Assembly: GCA_016937295.1 (NCBI GenBank)
Contig: JAFGWF010000143.1
Location: forward strand, 1-56,658
Length of the DNA: 56,658 bases
Source of the DNA: Bacteroidales bacterium
Lineage (GTDB): Bacteria > Bacteroidota > Bacteroidia > Bacteroidales > UBA1556
Reading direction: 5' to 3'
Below are positions 1-8,217 of the stretch, in pieces; position 1 is the stretch's first letter; each line of letters begins with the position of its first letter. A program made the translations under genes and the position numbers. The notes under the pieces were generated by a model. The model was not told the DNA's origin, did no database searches, and saw only the letters and a list, made by a program, of their open reading frames with translations.

Positions 1-755
1 CGCAACTGCATATAATTCATCGTTTCGATGGGTTGCAAAGCATCGCTAAAGTCGGGAGGAGAAACATTAAAAACGGTATCTAACTCCTTACCAAAAGTAA
101 ATTTTTCTCCGTAATCCGTTAACGTTCGAATTTTATAATTGTAAATTTTCCATTCCCCACTTAGAGTATCGTAACTTATTTTATCCGCTATCATTTTATA
201 AATCAAACCATTATCACCAAAACGTTCTAAAGAAAAATTATAACCCACCTTGTCATAATTATTAAAGCTCTCCACAAAAAGCATTTCGCCGGGGGTATTT
301 TGAACGTGAATATTATATTTAGAGCTGTGAAATTTTGATTTAAGATAATGCACTTCAAAATCAAGTTTCACTTTATTTGTAACAGGAATCAAAAAATTGG
401 ATAAATAAAAACTAAGTAAGGCAATGATGAAAGAGCTAATCAAATAAGGCCGCATAAAACGTTTAAAACTGACACCTCCACCAAGAATTGCAATAATCTC
501 GGTATTATAAGCCATTCGGGATGTGAAATAAACCACAGCAATAAAAGTAAATAATGGACTAAATAGGTTGACAAAATAAGGAATGAAGGTCATGTAATAA
601 TTTACAACTATCTCTTTTAAAGGCACTTGATGTTTTAAAAAATCATCAATTTTTTCAGAGACGTCAAAGATTATCACAATGACAATAATCAATGCCAATG
701 TAAAAAAGAAAGTTCCGAGGAACTTTTTAATAATATACCAATCTATAATTTTCAC
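1..755 (-). CDS. LptF/LptG-family (YjgP/YjgQ) LPS export permease, N-terminal part; gene continues beyond the window edge
   Basis: Not in the ORF track because it is truncated by the window edge. Hand translation of the minus strand from GTG (755-753) stays open down to base 3. It reads (M)KIIDWYIIKKFLGTFFFTLALIIVIVIIFDVSEKIDDFLKH...AYNTEIIAILGGGVSFKRFMRPY, which matches the usual N-terminus and first TM helices of Bacteroidota LptF/LptG permeases. Confidence 0.6.
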   Translation of the reverse strand, partial: MKIIDWYIIKKFLGTFFFTLALIIVIVIIFDVSEKIDDFLKHQVPLKEIVVNYYMTFIPYFVNLFSPLFTFIAVVYFTSRMAYNTEIIAILGGGVSFKRFMRPYLISSFIIALLSFYLSNFLIPVTNKVKLDFEVHYLKSKFHSSKYNIHVQNTPGEMLFVESFNNYDKVGYNFSLERFGDNGLIYKMIADKISYDTLSGEWKIYNYKIRTLTDYGEKFTFGKELDTVFNVSPPDFSDALQPIETMNYMQL

Positions 756-915
756 GGAGCAAAACTAAATAAATTCATTCGTTCTATTTGCATAATTTAA
801 ATGCCTGTCAGCAAAAACTAAAATTGCAAGCATTTATTTTTCAATAAAAAAAATAATCTGTACCATGGTTTAATTGCTAAATTTGTCCTTTGGAATTCAA
901 TTTAATAAACGCCTT

Positions 916-1494
916 ATGAAATCAATTATCAATTTTCAAACTTCCTTATATTTATTATTACATGGCATTGTGGCTATTTTGATAGGCCTTTTATTTGCAA
1001 TTGCCAGCCAAGAAATTTTCCGCATCGTAGTTTTATCCATAGGATTGTTACTCACCATTTCCGGAATAGTTATCACTTGGATGGCCTTTTCAGGAAAAAG
1101 GATAAAGACAGAAACGTTTAGATATCCTGCATTATTTCAAGGAATTCTTTTAGTTGGATTAGGACTTTTCATCACTTTTAATCTCCAAATGATGGAAAAA
1201 ATGATTATTCTATTATTTGGGCTATGGGCTGTAGTTGCAGGAGGAAGCCAAATATATTACGGATTGCTTTCCAAGGAAAATTTTAAACAATACAAAACAT
1301 TAATTGTCAATGGTTTACTGTTAGTCATTTTAGGATTAGTCATGGCAATTACCCAAGAAAAATTTGTAGATTTAATTGGAAAAATTGTTGGTTTTTCGGC
1401 AATTTTCTTAGGTCTGACTACTTTTATTTTCGCCATCATTTTATACTTCAAAAGGCCAAAAACATCAGAACAAAGTGAATTAGAATCGGATTAA
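916..1494 (+). CDS. multi-pass membrane protein, possibly DUF308/HdeD-like
   Basis: The ORF at 874-1494 opens with TTG. The first ATG is at 916 (MKSIINFQ...). The protein consists of about six hydrophobic helices rich in G/L/I and has no catalytic motif. Confidence 0.45.
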   Translation: MKSIINFQTSLYLLLHGIVAILIGLLFAIASQEIFRIVVLSIGLLLTISGIVITWMAFSGKRIKTETFRYPALFQGILLVGLGLFITFNLQMMEKMIILLFGLWAVVAGGSQIYYGLLSKENFKQYKTLIVNGLLLVILGLVMAITQEKFVDLIGKIVGFSAIFLGLTTFIFAIILYFKRPKTSEQSELESD

Positions 1495-3180
1495 ATAACC
1501 AAAATGGACTTTGGTATTATTCATATTTATCGGCGTTTCAGGGCTTTTTCCCAAGGCGAGATAAACAGAGATAATGCCACTGCCTGTATCTAATAAGCCG
1601 CCAAGTCCAAAGCCGGCATAGTTTTTAAACGAAAATTCAGGAATATCGTTTTCATTAACAAAACCGTGATTGTAAAAAACGGAAAAATAACCAACCGATG
1701 AAATTAGGTATCTATATTCGAAATCGACAATAATATAAGAAGATGAAAATATAGATTGCTCATCAAATCCACGCAGTGAAGACAATCCTCCGATTCTAAA
1801 TTTCTCGTTTTGCACCAAACCATCTGAAAAGATAAATCCACCTGAGCTCATCATTACCAGCACATTACGCTTATAAAAATTCTTAAAAAACTCAAGCTGA
1901 TATTTCGATTGAGCTTTCAACGTACGAATTTGATTAGTTTCGGCGACATCGTGAAAACTTTTCACATTGCGGTTGCCGGCCATCAGATCAAAATTAGCAA
2001 GTAAACCTCGTGTAGGATTCAACTTCCAATCGCGCGAGTCGAAACTATAACCCAATCCATATAAAAGAGATGAGGTGGACTTTTGAGTGGAATCGCGCTC
2101 CAATAAAGTAATTTGAGAGCTCATCTGTTCCAATTTGAGTGCGAAATAATGATTAAATGAGATGCGATAAGCCAAGTCAAAACCATTGGCAACATTCAAA
2201 AAACTAGAATCTTGACGAAACAAACTCAGACTATAATTCACACCCCAATTAGTTTTTAAAAGATAGGGAATCACCGCCTTAACATCCAACATCTGACTTC
2301 CCGCAACCGGACGTTGCCATTTGAGCTCAAATCGCTCTCCCACCCCCAAACTATTTATTAGCAAAAGATTAGCATTTCCTGTCAATGCTAACTTGCCGGT
2401 TTGCTCATTGGAATAAAAGCCAAAAACAGCATCAAAACTATTCGACTTTCGAGGTTTCAAAACAATCTTGCAAGAGGCATTATTGTCATAAAAACTTACC
2501 ACCGGCATTTCCGCTAAGGTTGCAAATTCCAAACTGTTAACTTTAGAAGGAATCTGGTGAAACAACTCTTCATTCCAATAATTACCTTTCTCGATGCCAA
2601 TAAGTTTCTCAACAAAATGAGTCGAAACAGTTACTTCTCCTTTTATCAAGAGGCTATCAAAAAAAATCTGCTGTCCAACTTCAACATCCAAAACAGCCGA
2701 TAATAAATTGCTATCCATTTCAAAATCCTTCAGAAAAACCTTTGCAAACGGATAGCCATGATTTTCGTAAAAAACAAGAGATTGTTCAATTAAAATATTG
2801 ATTTGAAGCACATTGACATACGAAACAGAATCCAAATTCCATCTATAGAATTTGGCCACCGGATCAAGGAGTTTGGAATACGTCAGAGAATTCCATTGAT
2901 ACTTTATTCCCTTTTTCATAAAAACATCAAGCGTATCCTTTCCTCGCAAACTGTCGATTGCAGCTTCAATATATCCAAAACCATGAAAATAGCTAAGAAT
3001 CCATTCTTTATATTCAAATGGATTTCGATGAACTTCACCGATGGCAAACATAGTGTCAGGTTTTGCGGATATTTCAGAGTTTTTTTGTGAATCAAAAACA
3101 CGAATATAATGCTGTCCAATAGCTTGAAAATACAAGCTAACAAGAAAAAAGAAAAATAGATAAATACGAGTTAATTTCAT
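1480..3180 (-). CDS. Omp85/BamA-TamA family outer-membrane beta-barrel protein
   Basis: 566 aa with signal peptide MKLTRIYLFFFFLVSLYFQAIGQ. The C-terminal half has alternating beta-strand character with RIGGLSSLRGFDEQS and ends in the aromatic ...HFGYLIRF, typical of the bacterial surface antigen (D15) barrel. Its start overlaps the ung stop as ATGA. Confidence 0.65.
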   Translation of the reverse strand: MKLTRIYLFFFFLVSLYFQAIGQHYIRVFDSQKNSEISAKPDTMFAIGEVHRNPFEYKEWILSYFHGFGYIEAAIDSLRGKDTLDVFMKKGIKYQWNSLTYSKLLDPVAKFYRWNLDSVSYVNVLQINILIEQSLVFYENHGYPFAKVFLKDFEMDSNLLSAVLDVEVGQQIFFDSLLIKGEVTVSTHFVEKLIGIEKGNYWNEELFHQIPSKVNSLEFATLAEMPVVSFYDNNASCKIVLKPRKSNSFDAVFGFYSNEQTGKLALTGNANLLLINSLGVGERFELKWQRPVAGSQMLDVKAVIPYLLKTNWGVNYSLSLFRQDSSFLNVANGFDLAYRISFNHYFALKLEQMSSQITLLERDSTQKSTSSLLYGLGYSFDSRDWKLNPTRGLLANFDLMAGNRNVKSFHDVAETNQIRTLKAQSKYQLEFFKNFYKRNVLVMMSSGGFIFSDGLVQNEKFRIGGLSSLRGFDEQSIFSSSYIIVDFEYRYLISSVGYFSVFYNHGFVNENDIPEFSFKNYAGFGLGGLLDTGSGIISVYLALGKSPETPINMNNTKVHFGYLIRF

Positions 3181-3851
3181 TTAATTTCCCAATCTATTGG
3201 ACTCAAACCATTACTTATCAAGTAATTATTAGTTTTACTAAAATGTTTACAACCAAAGAAGCCACGAGATGCCGATAATGGAGAAGGGTGCACTGAAGTC
3301 AGAATTAAGTGTTTAGACGCATCAATCAAGGAAGATTTGCGGATGGCATAATTGCCCCAAAGAAGAAAAACCAGATTAGAACGATTCTCTGACAGGGCAC
3401 GAATAGCAGCATCCGTAAACAATTCCCAGCCTTTTCCCTGATGTGATGCGGGAGCATGAGCACGAACCGTCAGTACAGCATTCAGAAGCAACACCCCTTG
3501 AGAAGCCCAGTAGGTCAGATTTCCGTGTGATGGACGTGGAACACCTAAGTCCGATTGCAACTCCTTAAATATATTGACTAACGAAGGAGGGAGCGAAACG
3601 CCTTCCGGCACAGAAAACGAAAGACCATGAGCTTGACCATCATTATGATACGGGTCTTGACCAATAATCACCACCTTAACAACGTTGAAAGGAGTCAAAT
3701 TAAATGCTGAAAAGATATTTGCCCCCTTTGGAAAAACCTTGTAATTTTCCTTTTCAGCAATCAAAAACTGTTTTAAGCTTTTAAAATAGGACGACTGAAA
3801 ATCTGCCTCTAAAACGGCCTTCCAGCCTTCTTCAATATTTGGATTCACCAT
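3177..3851 (-). CDS. ung: uracil-DNA glycosylase (family 1)
   Basis: 224 aa with the UNG motifs VVIIGQDPYHNDGQAHGLSFSV, GVLLLNAVLTV and TSVHPSPLSA. Confidence 0.95.
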   Translation of the reverse strand: MVNPNIEEGWKAVLEADFQSSYFKSLKQFLIAEKENYKVFPKGANIFSAFNLTPFNVVKVVIIGQDPYHNDGQAHGLSFSVPEGVSLPPSLVNIFKELQSDLGVPRPSHGNLTYWASQGVLLLNAVLTVRAHAPASHQGKGWELFTDAAIRALSENRSNLVFLLWGNYAIRKSSLIDASKHLILTSVHPSPLSASRGFFGCKHFSKTNNYLISNGLSPIDWEIK

Positions 3852-3910
3852 CAGTTAAAATATTAAGAGCACTAAATTAGATAGATTTTGGGCAACAAGA
3901 ACAACAAATT

Positions 3911-3918
3911 CAAATCTA
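3911..3918 (-). promoter_or_regulatory. Bacteroidota -7 promoter box TAGATTTG (TAnnTTTG) upstream of ung
   Basis: The plus strand reads CAAATCTA, so the minus strand reads TAGATTTG, 60 nt upstream of the ung ATG. This motif also occurs by chance in AT-rich spacers. Confidence 0.35.
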
Positions 3919-3987
3919 TACGATTATCTATTCAATGACATTTAATAGAAGTAATAATTTTTAAGTATCAAAATTTAGAAAATAGAT

Positions 3988-3995
3988 TACTTTTG
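3988..3995 (+). promoter_or_regulatory. -7 promoter box TACTTTTG upstream of the small lipoprotein and 249-aa gene pair
   Basis: Exact TAnnTTTG match about 150 nt upstream of the ATG at 4144. This implies a long leader that contains the 16-bp palindrome. Confidence 0.35.
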
Positions 3996-4015
3996 TCCAC
4001 GTTAATAAGTTCTTT

Positions 4016-4031
4016 CATCTAATATTAGATG
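4016..4031. repeat. perfect 16-bp palindrome CATCTAATATTAGATG, function unknown, possible operator
   Basis: Read directly: CATCTAAT followed by ATTAGATG, its exact reverse complement. It lies between the putative -7 box (3988-3995) and the ATG at 4144. Confidence 0.5.
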
Positions 4032-4143
4032 TTCATTTTAAGCTTTTTAGTTTAGGCTTAAAAAGTTTAAAACCATCATGGGCAAATTTTTTTAATTAAA
4101 CTTTATCATTAACTGATAACGTAGAAACACAAAACAATTGATT

Positions 4144-4293
4144 ATGAAGCGTAAAGCAATTCTTTTATTGGCAGTAAGTGTGGTTGCAATACTAATTTCC
4201 ACTTCTTGTCGAAGCAGGCATCAAAAATGCCCCGGAGTTTATAGCAATCCTAGTCCAATGGCCACTGAAACACCCGTAAATCAAGTTAAATAA
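4144..4293 (+). CDS. small (49 aa) predicted lipoprotein, absent from the ORF track
   Basis: ATG at 4144 and TAA at 4291-4293. Translation: MKRKAILLLAVSVVAILISTSCRSRHQKCPGVYSNPSPMATETPVNQVK. It has a basic N-terminus, a hydrophobic core and a lipobox-like ISTS-C. The stop lies 2 nt before the next gene's ATG at 4296. Confidence 0.45.
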   Translation: MKRKAILLLAVSVVAILISTSCRSRHQKCPGVYSNPSPMATETPVNQVK

Positions 4294-4295
4294 CA

Positions 4296-5045
4296 ATGAT
4301 ACCCTTCAAGCACTACTTAGTAATATGCACCGCTTTTCTTCTGATACCTTTATTAACTAAAGGCCAAGAAGCAGAAATTGGTGAAAAAGAGGTCATATTA
4401 AAAAGAGAAAGTAGTGCATTCATGGATTTAAGAACCAATGGTTGGGGAATAGGTTATAGATATGGCAAGTTTAAAACCGGATACAAATTAAAAAGTTGGG
4501 ATTTTAGTTTTTCGGTAGTAAAAGACTTGCAGCAAATAAAATCCAGTTTTGGATATAGTGATTATGGAGGAAGGGTTTATTATGGAAAATTGATACATTT
4601 TTATAATTTCAAAGCCTTAAGAGGAAGTCAAAAAGTGATTACTACCAAACCCTACTGGGGCGGAGTGGAGCTAAGGCGGCTTTTTTATGGGGGCGTTAAT
4701 TTAGGCATTGGCGTTCCGATATGGGTTTGGGTATATAATTTTGATGATAATTATTCCCAATCCTTAGTTCGTTTTGATCCAGACCTACACGACAGACAAG
4801 ACATACAGTCGAAAGGTCCTTTTTCCGAAGGATTATCCGATATGGAGTTCTATCCTTCCTTAAGTTTAAAATACGCGATAAACGCGGAGTATGGAACTAT
4901 AAGTCAAGTAACAAAGGGAATAGAAGTAGGCGTGCAGCTCGACATCTATCCTCTGCCTGTTCAAATAATGGCGTATCAAAAACCCACTTACTATATTGCT
5001 TCTGCCTATCTTAGTTTTCACTTTGGCAAAAGATATAACCCCTAA
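4296..5045 (+). CDS. secreted or outer-membrane protein of unknown function
   Basis: 249 aa with signal peptide MIPFKHYLVICTAFLLIPLLTKGQ. The mature part is rich in G/Y/W/S with alternating hydrophobic pattern and ends ...SFHFGKRYNP, which looks like a beta-barrel. I recognise no family. Confidence 0.5.
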   Translation: MIPFKHYLVICTAFLLIPLLTKGQEAEIGEKEVILKRESSAFMDLRTNGWGIGYRYGKFKTGYKLKSWDFSFSVVKDLQQIKSSFGYSDYGGRVYYGKLIHFYNFKALRGSQKVITTKPYWGGVELRRLFYGGVNLGIGVPIWVWVYNFDDNYSQSLVRFDPDLHDRQDIQSKGPFSEGLSDMEFYPSLSLKYAINAEYGTISQVTKGIEVGVQLDIYPLPVQIMAYQKPTYYIASAYLSFHFGKRYNP

Positions 5046-5279
5046 ACCATTTTCTGATTATATTTTTCCGTAAACTTAATACCCATTAACTTTACAGGAC
5101 TTGACTATATCTTCGCCGCGTTTATTATTAAAATGCACAATAAAACACAGATAAAAATCTGTTAACAATAGCCTGTTTAAAAACTGCCGATAAGTTTATT
5201 GTCGGACAAATTTAAAAAAGCTATAAATTGTGCGCCTTTTAGAACATGATTCAATTTGAATTTATTAAAACATAGGAAT

Positions 5280-8150
5280 ATGAGATTTAAGAGTTTACTA
5301 TTTGTAATTACCGGTCTGCTGATTGCAGCGGGCACAATTTTTTACGCTTCTTTGAAGCAAAACCCATCAAATCTTGAAGAAAAAACCCATACTGCCATTC
5401 CGCAAAAGGGAATTCAAGGAGCTATCGAATATTATCAGTATTTGAAGGCTGATCCGACAACGGGGATTATTGATCCAGCGATTGTAAAACATGCACGTGA
5501 CGGCTATAAAAACATGAGCAAGTCTAAGTCGGTCAATTTATTATGGCAAGAAATGGGACCTTCAAATGTTGGAGGACGCACTCGTGCTATTTTAATCGAT
5601 AAGGACAATTCTGCTGTGATGTATGCAGGTGGCGTTGCCGGAGGATTATGGAAATCAACCACAAGTGGCCAATCATGGGTTCAAATTCCATTGTCAGAAA
5701 ATATGGCCGTTAGTTGCATCGCGCAATCTCCTGTTGATGGAACTATCTACGTTGGAACTGGTGAAGGATTGGCAGGCGCAAGCGGCACAAATTATAATAC
5801 AGGACAGCTTGGCGGTGGTTTATACCGTTCAACCGATGGTGTCACTTTTACTTTATTGCCAAGCACCGCCAACTATACACTTATAAATCGTATTGGCGTT
5901 GACAGTCAAGGAAAAGTATTTTTAGGGACTGCTGCCGGAATGAAAATCAGTACCAACAAAGGAGACAGTTGGACAAATAGTCAGGCAGGTCCTGTTAAAG
6001 ACATAAAAATCAGTTTATCAACTAATACAATAATATTCTCAATAAATTCTGCGATTTATGTAGGCAACACAACCACAGAAACCTGGAGTCAATCAATTCC
6101 TGTAGCAGGTGCCAAAAGAGTTGAGGTTGCAATTGCTCCATCGAATGACAGTATCATGTATGCCGTTTGTGCGTCAGAACGAAATGTTGCGTCTTATAAA
6201 GACTTTCTTGGTATTTATAGAACAAGCGACAGAGGTCTAAATTGGGAGTTAATAGCACCGGGAGGCACTCAAACATTTGGTCTTTTTGGACCAAACAATC
6301 AGGGCGAATACGATATAGCAGCGCTTGTGAGCCCAACAAATCCGAATATGATTTTTGTAGGCGGAATAAGTTTATGGAAAGGTCAAAGAATTCAAAGTAA
6401 TGCGCCATTTTCATGGACATTAATATCCTCAACTAATGATTTTTATGCAGATGGCACACCGAATCCACATTATGTTCATGCCGACATCCATGCTTTAGTT
6501 CATAATCCTTCAAACACAGCCGGATTCTTTGTTGGCAGTGATGGTGGAATTTCTGAAACAGCTAATAATGGAATTTCCTTCGTAACTAAAAACATCAATT
6601 ATGCGGTTACTCAATACTATGCAGTTGCATGTTCACCCTCAGGTTGGGCAGCAGGTGGCACACAGGACAATAGTACCCCTTACGTTGATGGAACAGGTAA
6701 TAATCTTAAAGAAGCGCGAGTTCTGTTTTATGGTGACGGAGGTTGGACTGCTTTTTCTTCCTTATCTCAAAAAATCATTTTTGCAACATCACAAAACGGC
6801 AATATTGGACGATCAAATGATAATGGCGTTGAATGGCAATTTCCAACGGCAGCCAATGGTACTACACCTGATTTTTTCAATGCGTCTATGATAAATGCTC
6901 AAGTGCATGAGTTGTCAGCTTTTGTTACCCCTCTTTTATTATGGGAAACTATTGATTTTCCAAACACCTCAAAGAAAGTGCTTTACACAGCCGACACTAA
7001 CTATCAAGCCGGTGATACGGTTTGGGCTGCCAGTATAGTAAATGACAGGTATCCATTCAAAACTGTGTTGAATCAAAATTTAGATAAGGACAGTTCAGTT
7101 CTTGTGGAGGATCCAATTGAGTCAAGATTCTTTTTTGGAGCAAAGAATGGCGTATATATGACCGATCAGCCATTATTATATTCAGGTTTTCCACCACGAT
7201 GGTTTAAAGTAGCGTCAATTAACGGAACGGTTTGGACAATGTCTATCTCAAGAGATGGTGATGTGCTATATTTTGCCTCCGGTAATGTATTATACCGAAT
7301 TAGCAATCTGTTAAGTGCACAAGATTCCTCAACTTTAGACTTTGGTTCCACTGCATATTCTCTTCAGCAAACAACAGTAAAAACTTTTGCCGGTTCTATT
7401 TCATCAATCGCTATCGACCCTGCAGATGCTAACCGCGTTGTTGTTACGCTTGGAGGATTTTCATCAAGTTATGACCACGTTTGGTATTCCACTAATGCTA
7501 CTTCTGCTAATCCTACATTTGTCTCAAAATCAGGTGATTTACCAGGTGAATTACCCGTTTATGCAAGCTTAATTCCTATTAACAATTCGAATACGCTCAT
7601 CATAGGCACCGAGTTTGGAATTCTTGTAACTGAAAATTTAAATTCAGCCAATCCTACTTATGTAGCTCAAAATGATGGCTTAGATGATTTTGTACCCGTC
7701 TTTATGTTGCGTCAGCAGGTTTATGAACAACCTTATATTGTTTCAGGTCGTTGGGATAATGGTAATTTCGTTACCCAAGTTTTCCCGGGCATTTATAATT
7801 TTGGAGAAATTTATGCAGCAACTCATGGCCGTGGTTTATTCAAATCGTTAAGCTATGTAGGCTTTAAAGAGATTGAATCGCATGTTGGACAATTCCGTGC
7901 GCAAACTAAGGTATATCCAAATCCGGCAACAGACGTAGTCAATATTGAGTTTGAATTGGATAAAAATGCGGAAATCAGAGGTGCTATTTTTGATAACTCA
8001 GGAAGAATGATTCGTAAGGTTAATCTTGGCAACTGTCATTCAGGCATAAATAAACATCAAATTGATATTTCGGATTTGAGTAAAGGGATTTACGTCATCG
8101 TTATTAACAACGGTATCGACTCAAAAAGTTCCAAACTCATTATTCAATAA
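5280..8150 (+). CDS. BNR/Asp-box beta-propeller protein (sortilin/VPS10- or GH74-like) with a T9SS type-A C-terminal sorting domain
   Basis: The ORF at 5256 opens with TTG. The ATG at 5280 gives MRFKSLLFVITGLLIAAGTIF. Repeated Asp-box-like motifs are present: STTSGQSW, STDGVTF, STNKGDSW, TSDRGLNW and SNDNGVEW. The C-terminal 80 aa form a T9SS CTD. Confidence 0.8.
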   Translation: MRFKSLLFVITGLLIAAGTIFYASLKQNPSNLEEKTHTAIPQKGIQGAIEYYQYLKADPTTGIIDPAIVKHARDGYKNMSKSKSVNLLWQEMGPSNVGGRTRAILIDKDNSAVMYAGGVAGGLWKSTTSGQSWVQIPLSENMAVSCIAQSPVDGTIYVGTGEGLAGASGTNYNTGQLGGGLYRSTDGVTFTLLPSTANYTLINRIGVDSQGKVFLGTAAGMKISTNKGDSWTNSQAGPVKDIKISLSTNTIIFSINSAIYVGNTTTETWSQSIPVAGAKRVEVAIAPSNDSIMYAVCASERNVASYKDFLGIYRTSDRGLNWELIAPGGTQTFGLFGPNNQGEYDIAALVSPTNPNMIFVGGISLWKGQRIQSNAPFSWTLISSTNDFYADGTPNPHYVHADIHALVHNPSNTAGFFVGSDGGISETANNGISFVTKNINYAVTQYYAVACSPSGWAAGGTQDNSTPYVDGTGNNLKEARVLFYGDGGWTAFSSLSQKIIFATSQNGNIGRSNDNGVEWQFPTAANGTTPDFFNASMINAQVHELSAFVTPLLLWETIDFPNTSKKVLYTADTNYQAGDTVWAASIVNDRYPFKTVLNQNLDKDSSVLVEDPIESRFFFGAKNGVYMTDQPLLYSGFPPRWFKVASINGTVWTMSISRDGDVLYFASGNVLYRISNLLSAQDSSTLDFGSTAYSLQQTTVKTFAGSISSIAIDPADANRVVVTLGGFSSSYDHVWYSTNATSANPTFVSKSGDLPGELPVYASLIPINNSNTLIIGTEFGILVTENLNSANPTYVAQNDGLDDFVPVFMLRQQVYEQPYIVSGRWDNGNFVTQVFPGIYNFGEIYAATHGRGLFKSLSYVGFKEIESHVGQFRAQTKVYPNPATDVVNIEFELDKNAEIRGAIFDNSGRMIRKVNLGNCHSGINKHQIDISDLSKGIYVIVINNGIDSKSSKLIIQ
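7908..8147 (+). other. T9SS type-A C-terminal sorting domain (Por secretion tail)
   Basis: KVYPNPATDVVNIEFELDKNAEIRGAIFDNSGRMIRKVNLG...DLSKGIYVIVINNGIDSKSSKLIIQ shows the YPNPa...l.i.f...G.Y.v.v...K.i pattern of the TIGR04183-type CTD. Confidence 0.85.
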
Positions 8151-8173
8151 TTTTCACAGAACTATCTAAGCTA

Positions 8174-8206
8174 AAACCCTTGCGGAATCCGTAAGGGTTT
8201 TTCGTT
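8174..8206 (+). terminator. rho-independent terminator after the BNR protein gene
   Basis: AAACCCTTGCGG-aat-CCGTAAGGGTTT forms a 12-bp stem followed by TTCGTT. The single non-Watson-Crick pair is G-U on the plus-strand RNA and would be C-A on the minus strand, so the hairpin is oriented with the upstream gene. Confidence 0.7.
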
Positions 8207-8217
8207 AATACAAAATC

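Noticed and set aside
5184-5204. Hairpin CCGATAA-gttta-TTGTCGG between the 249-aa gene and the BNR protein gene
   Set aside because: No U-tract follows on the plus strand. On the minus strand there is no gene to terminate. The stem is 7 bp with a wobble pair, too weak to call a terminator.
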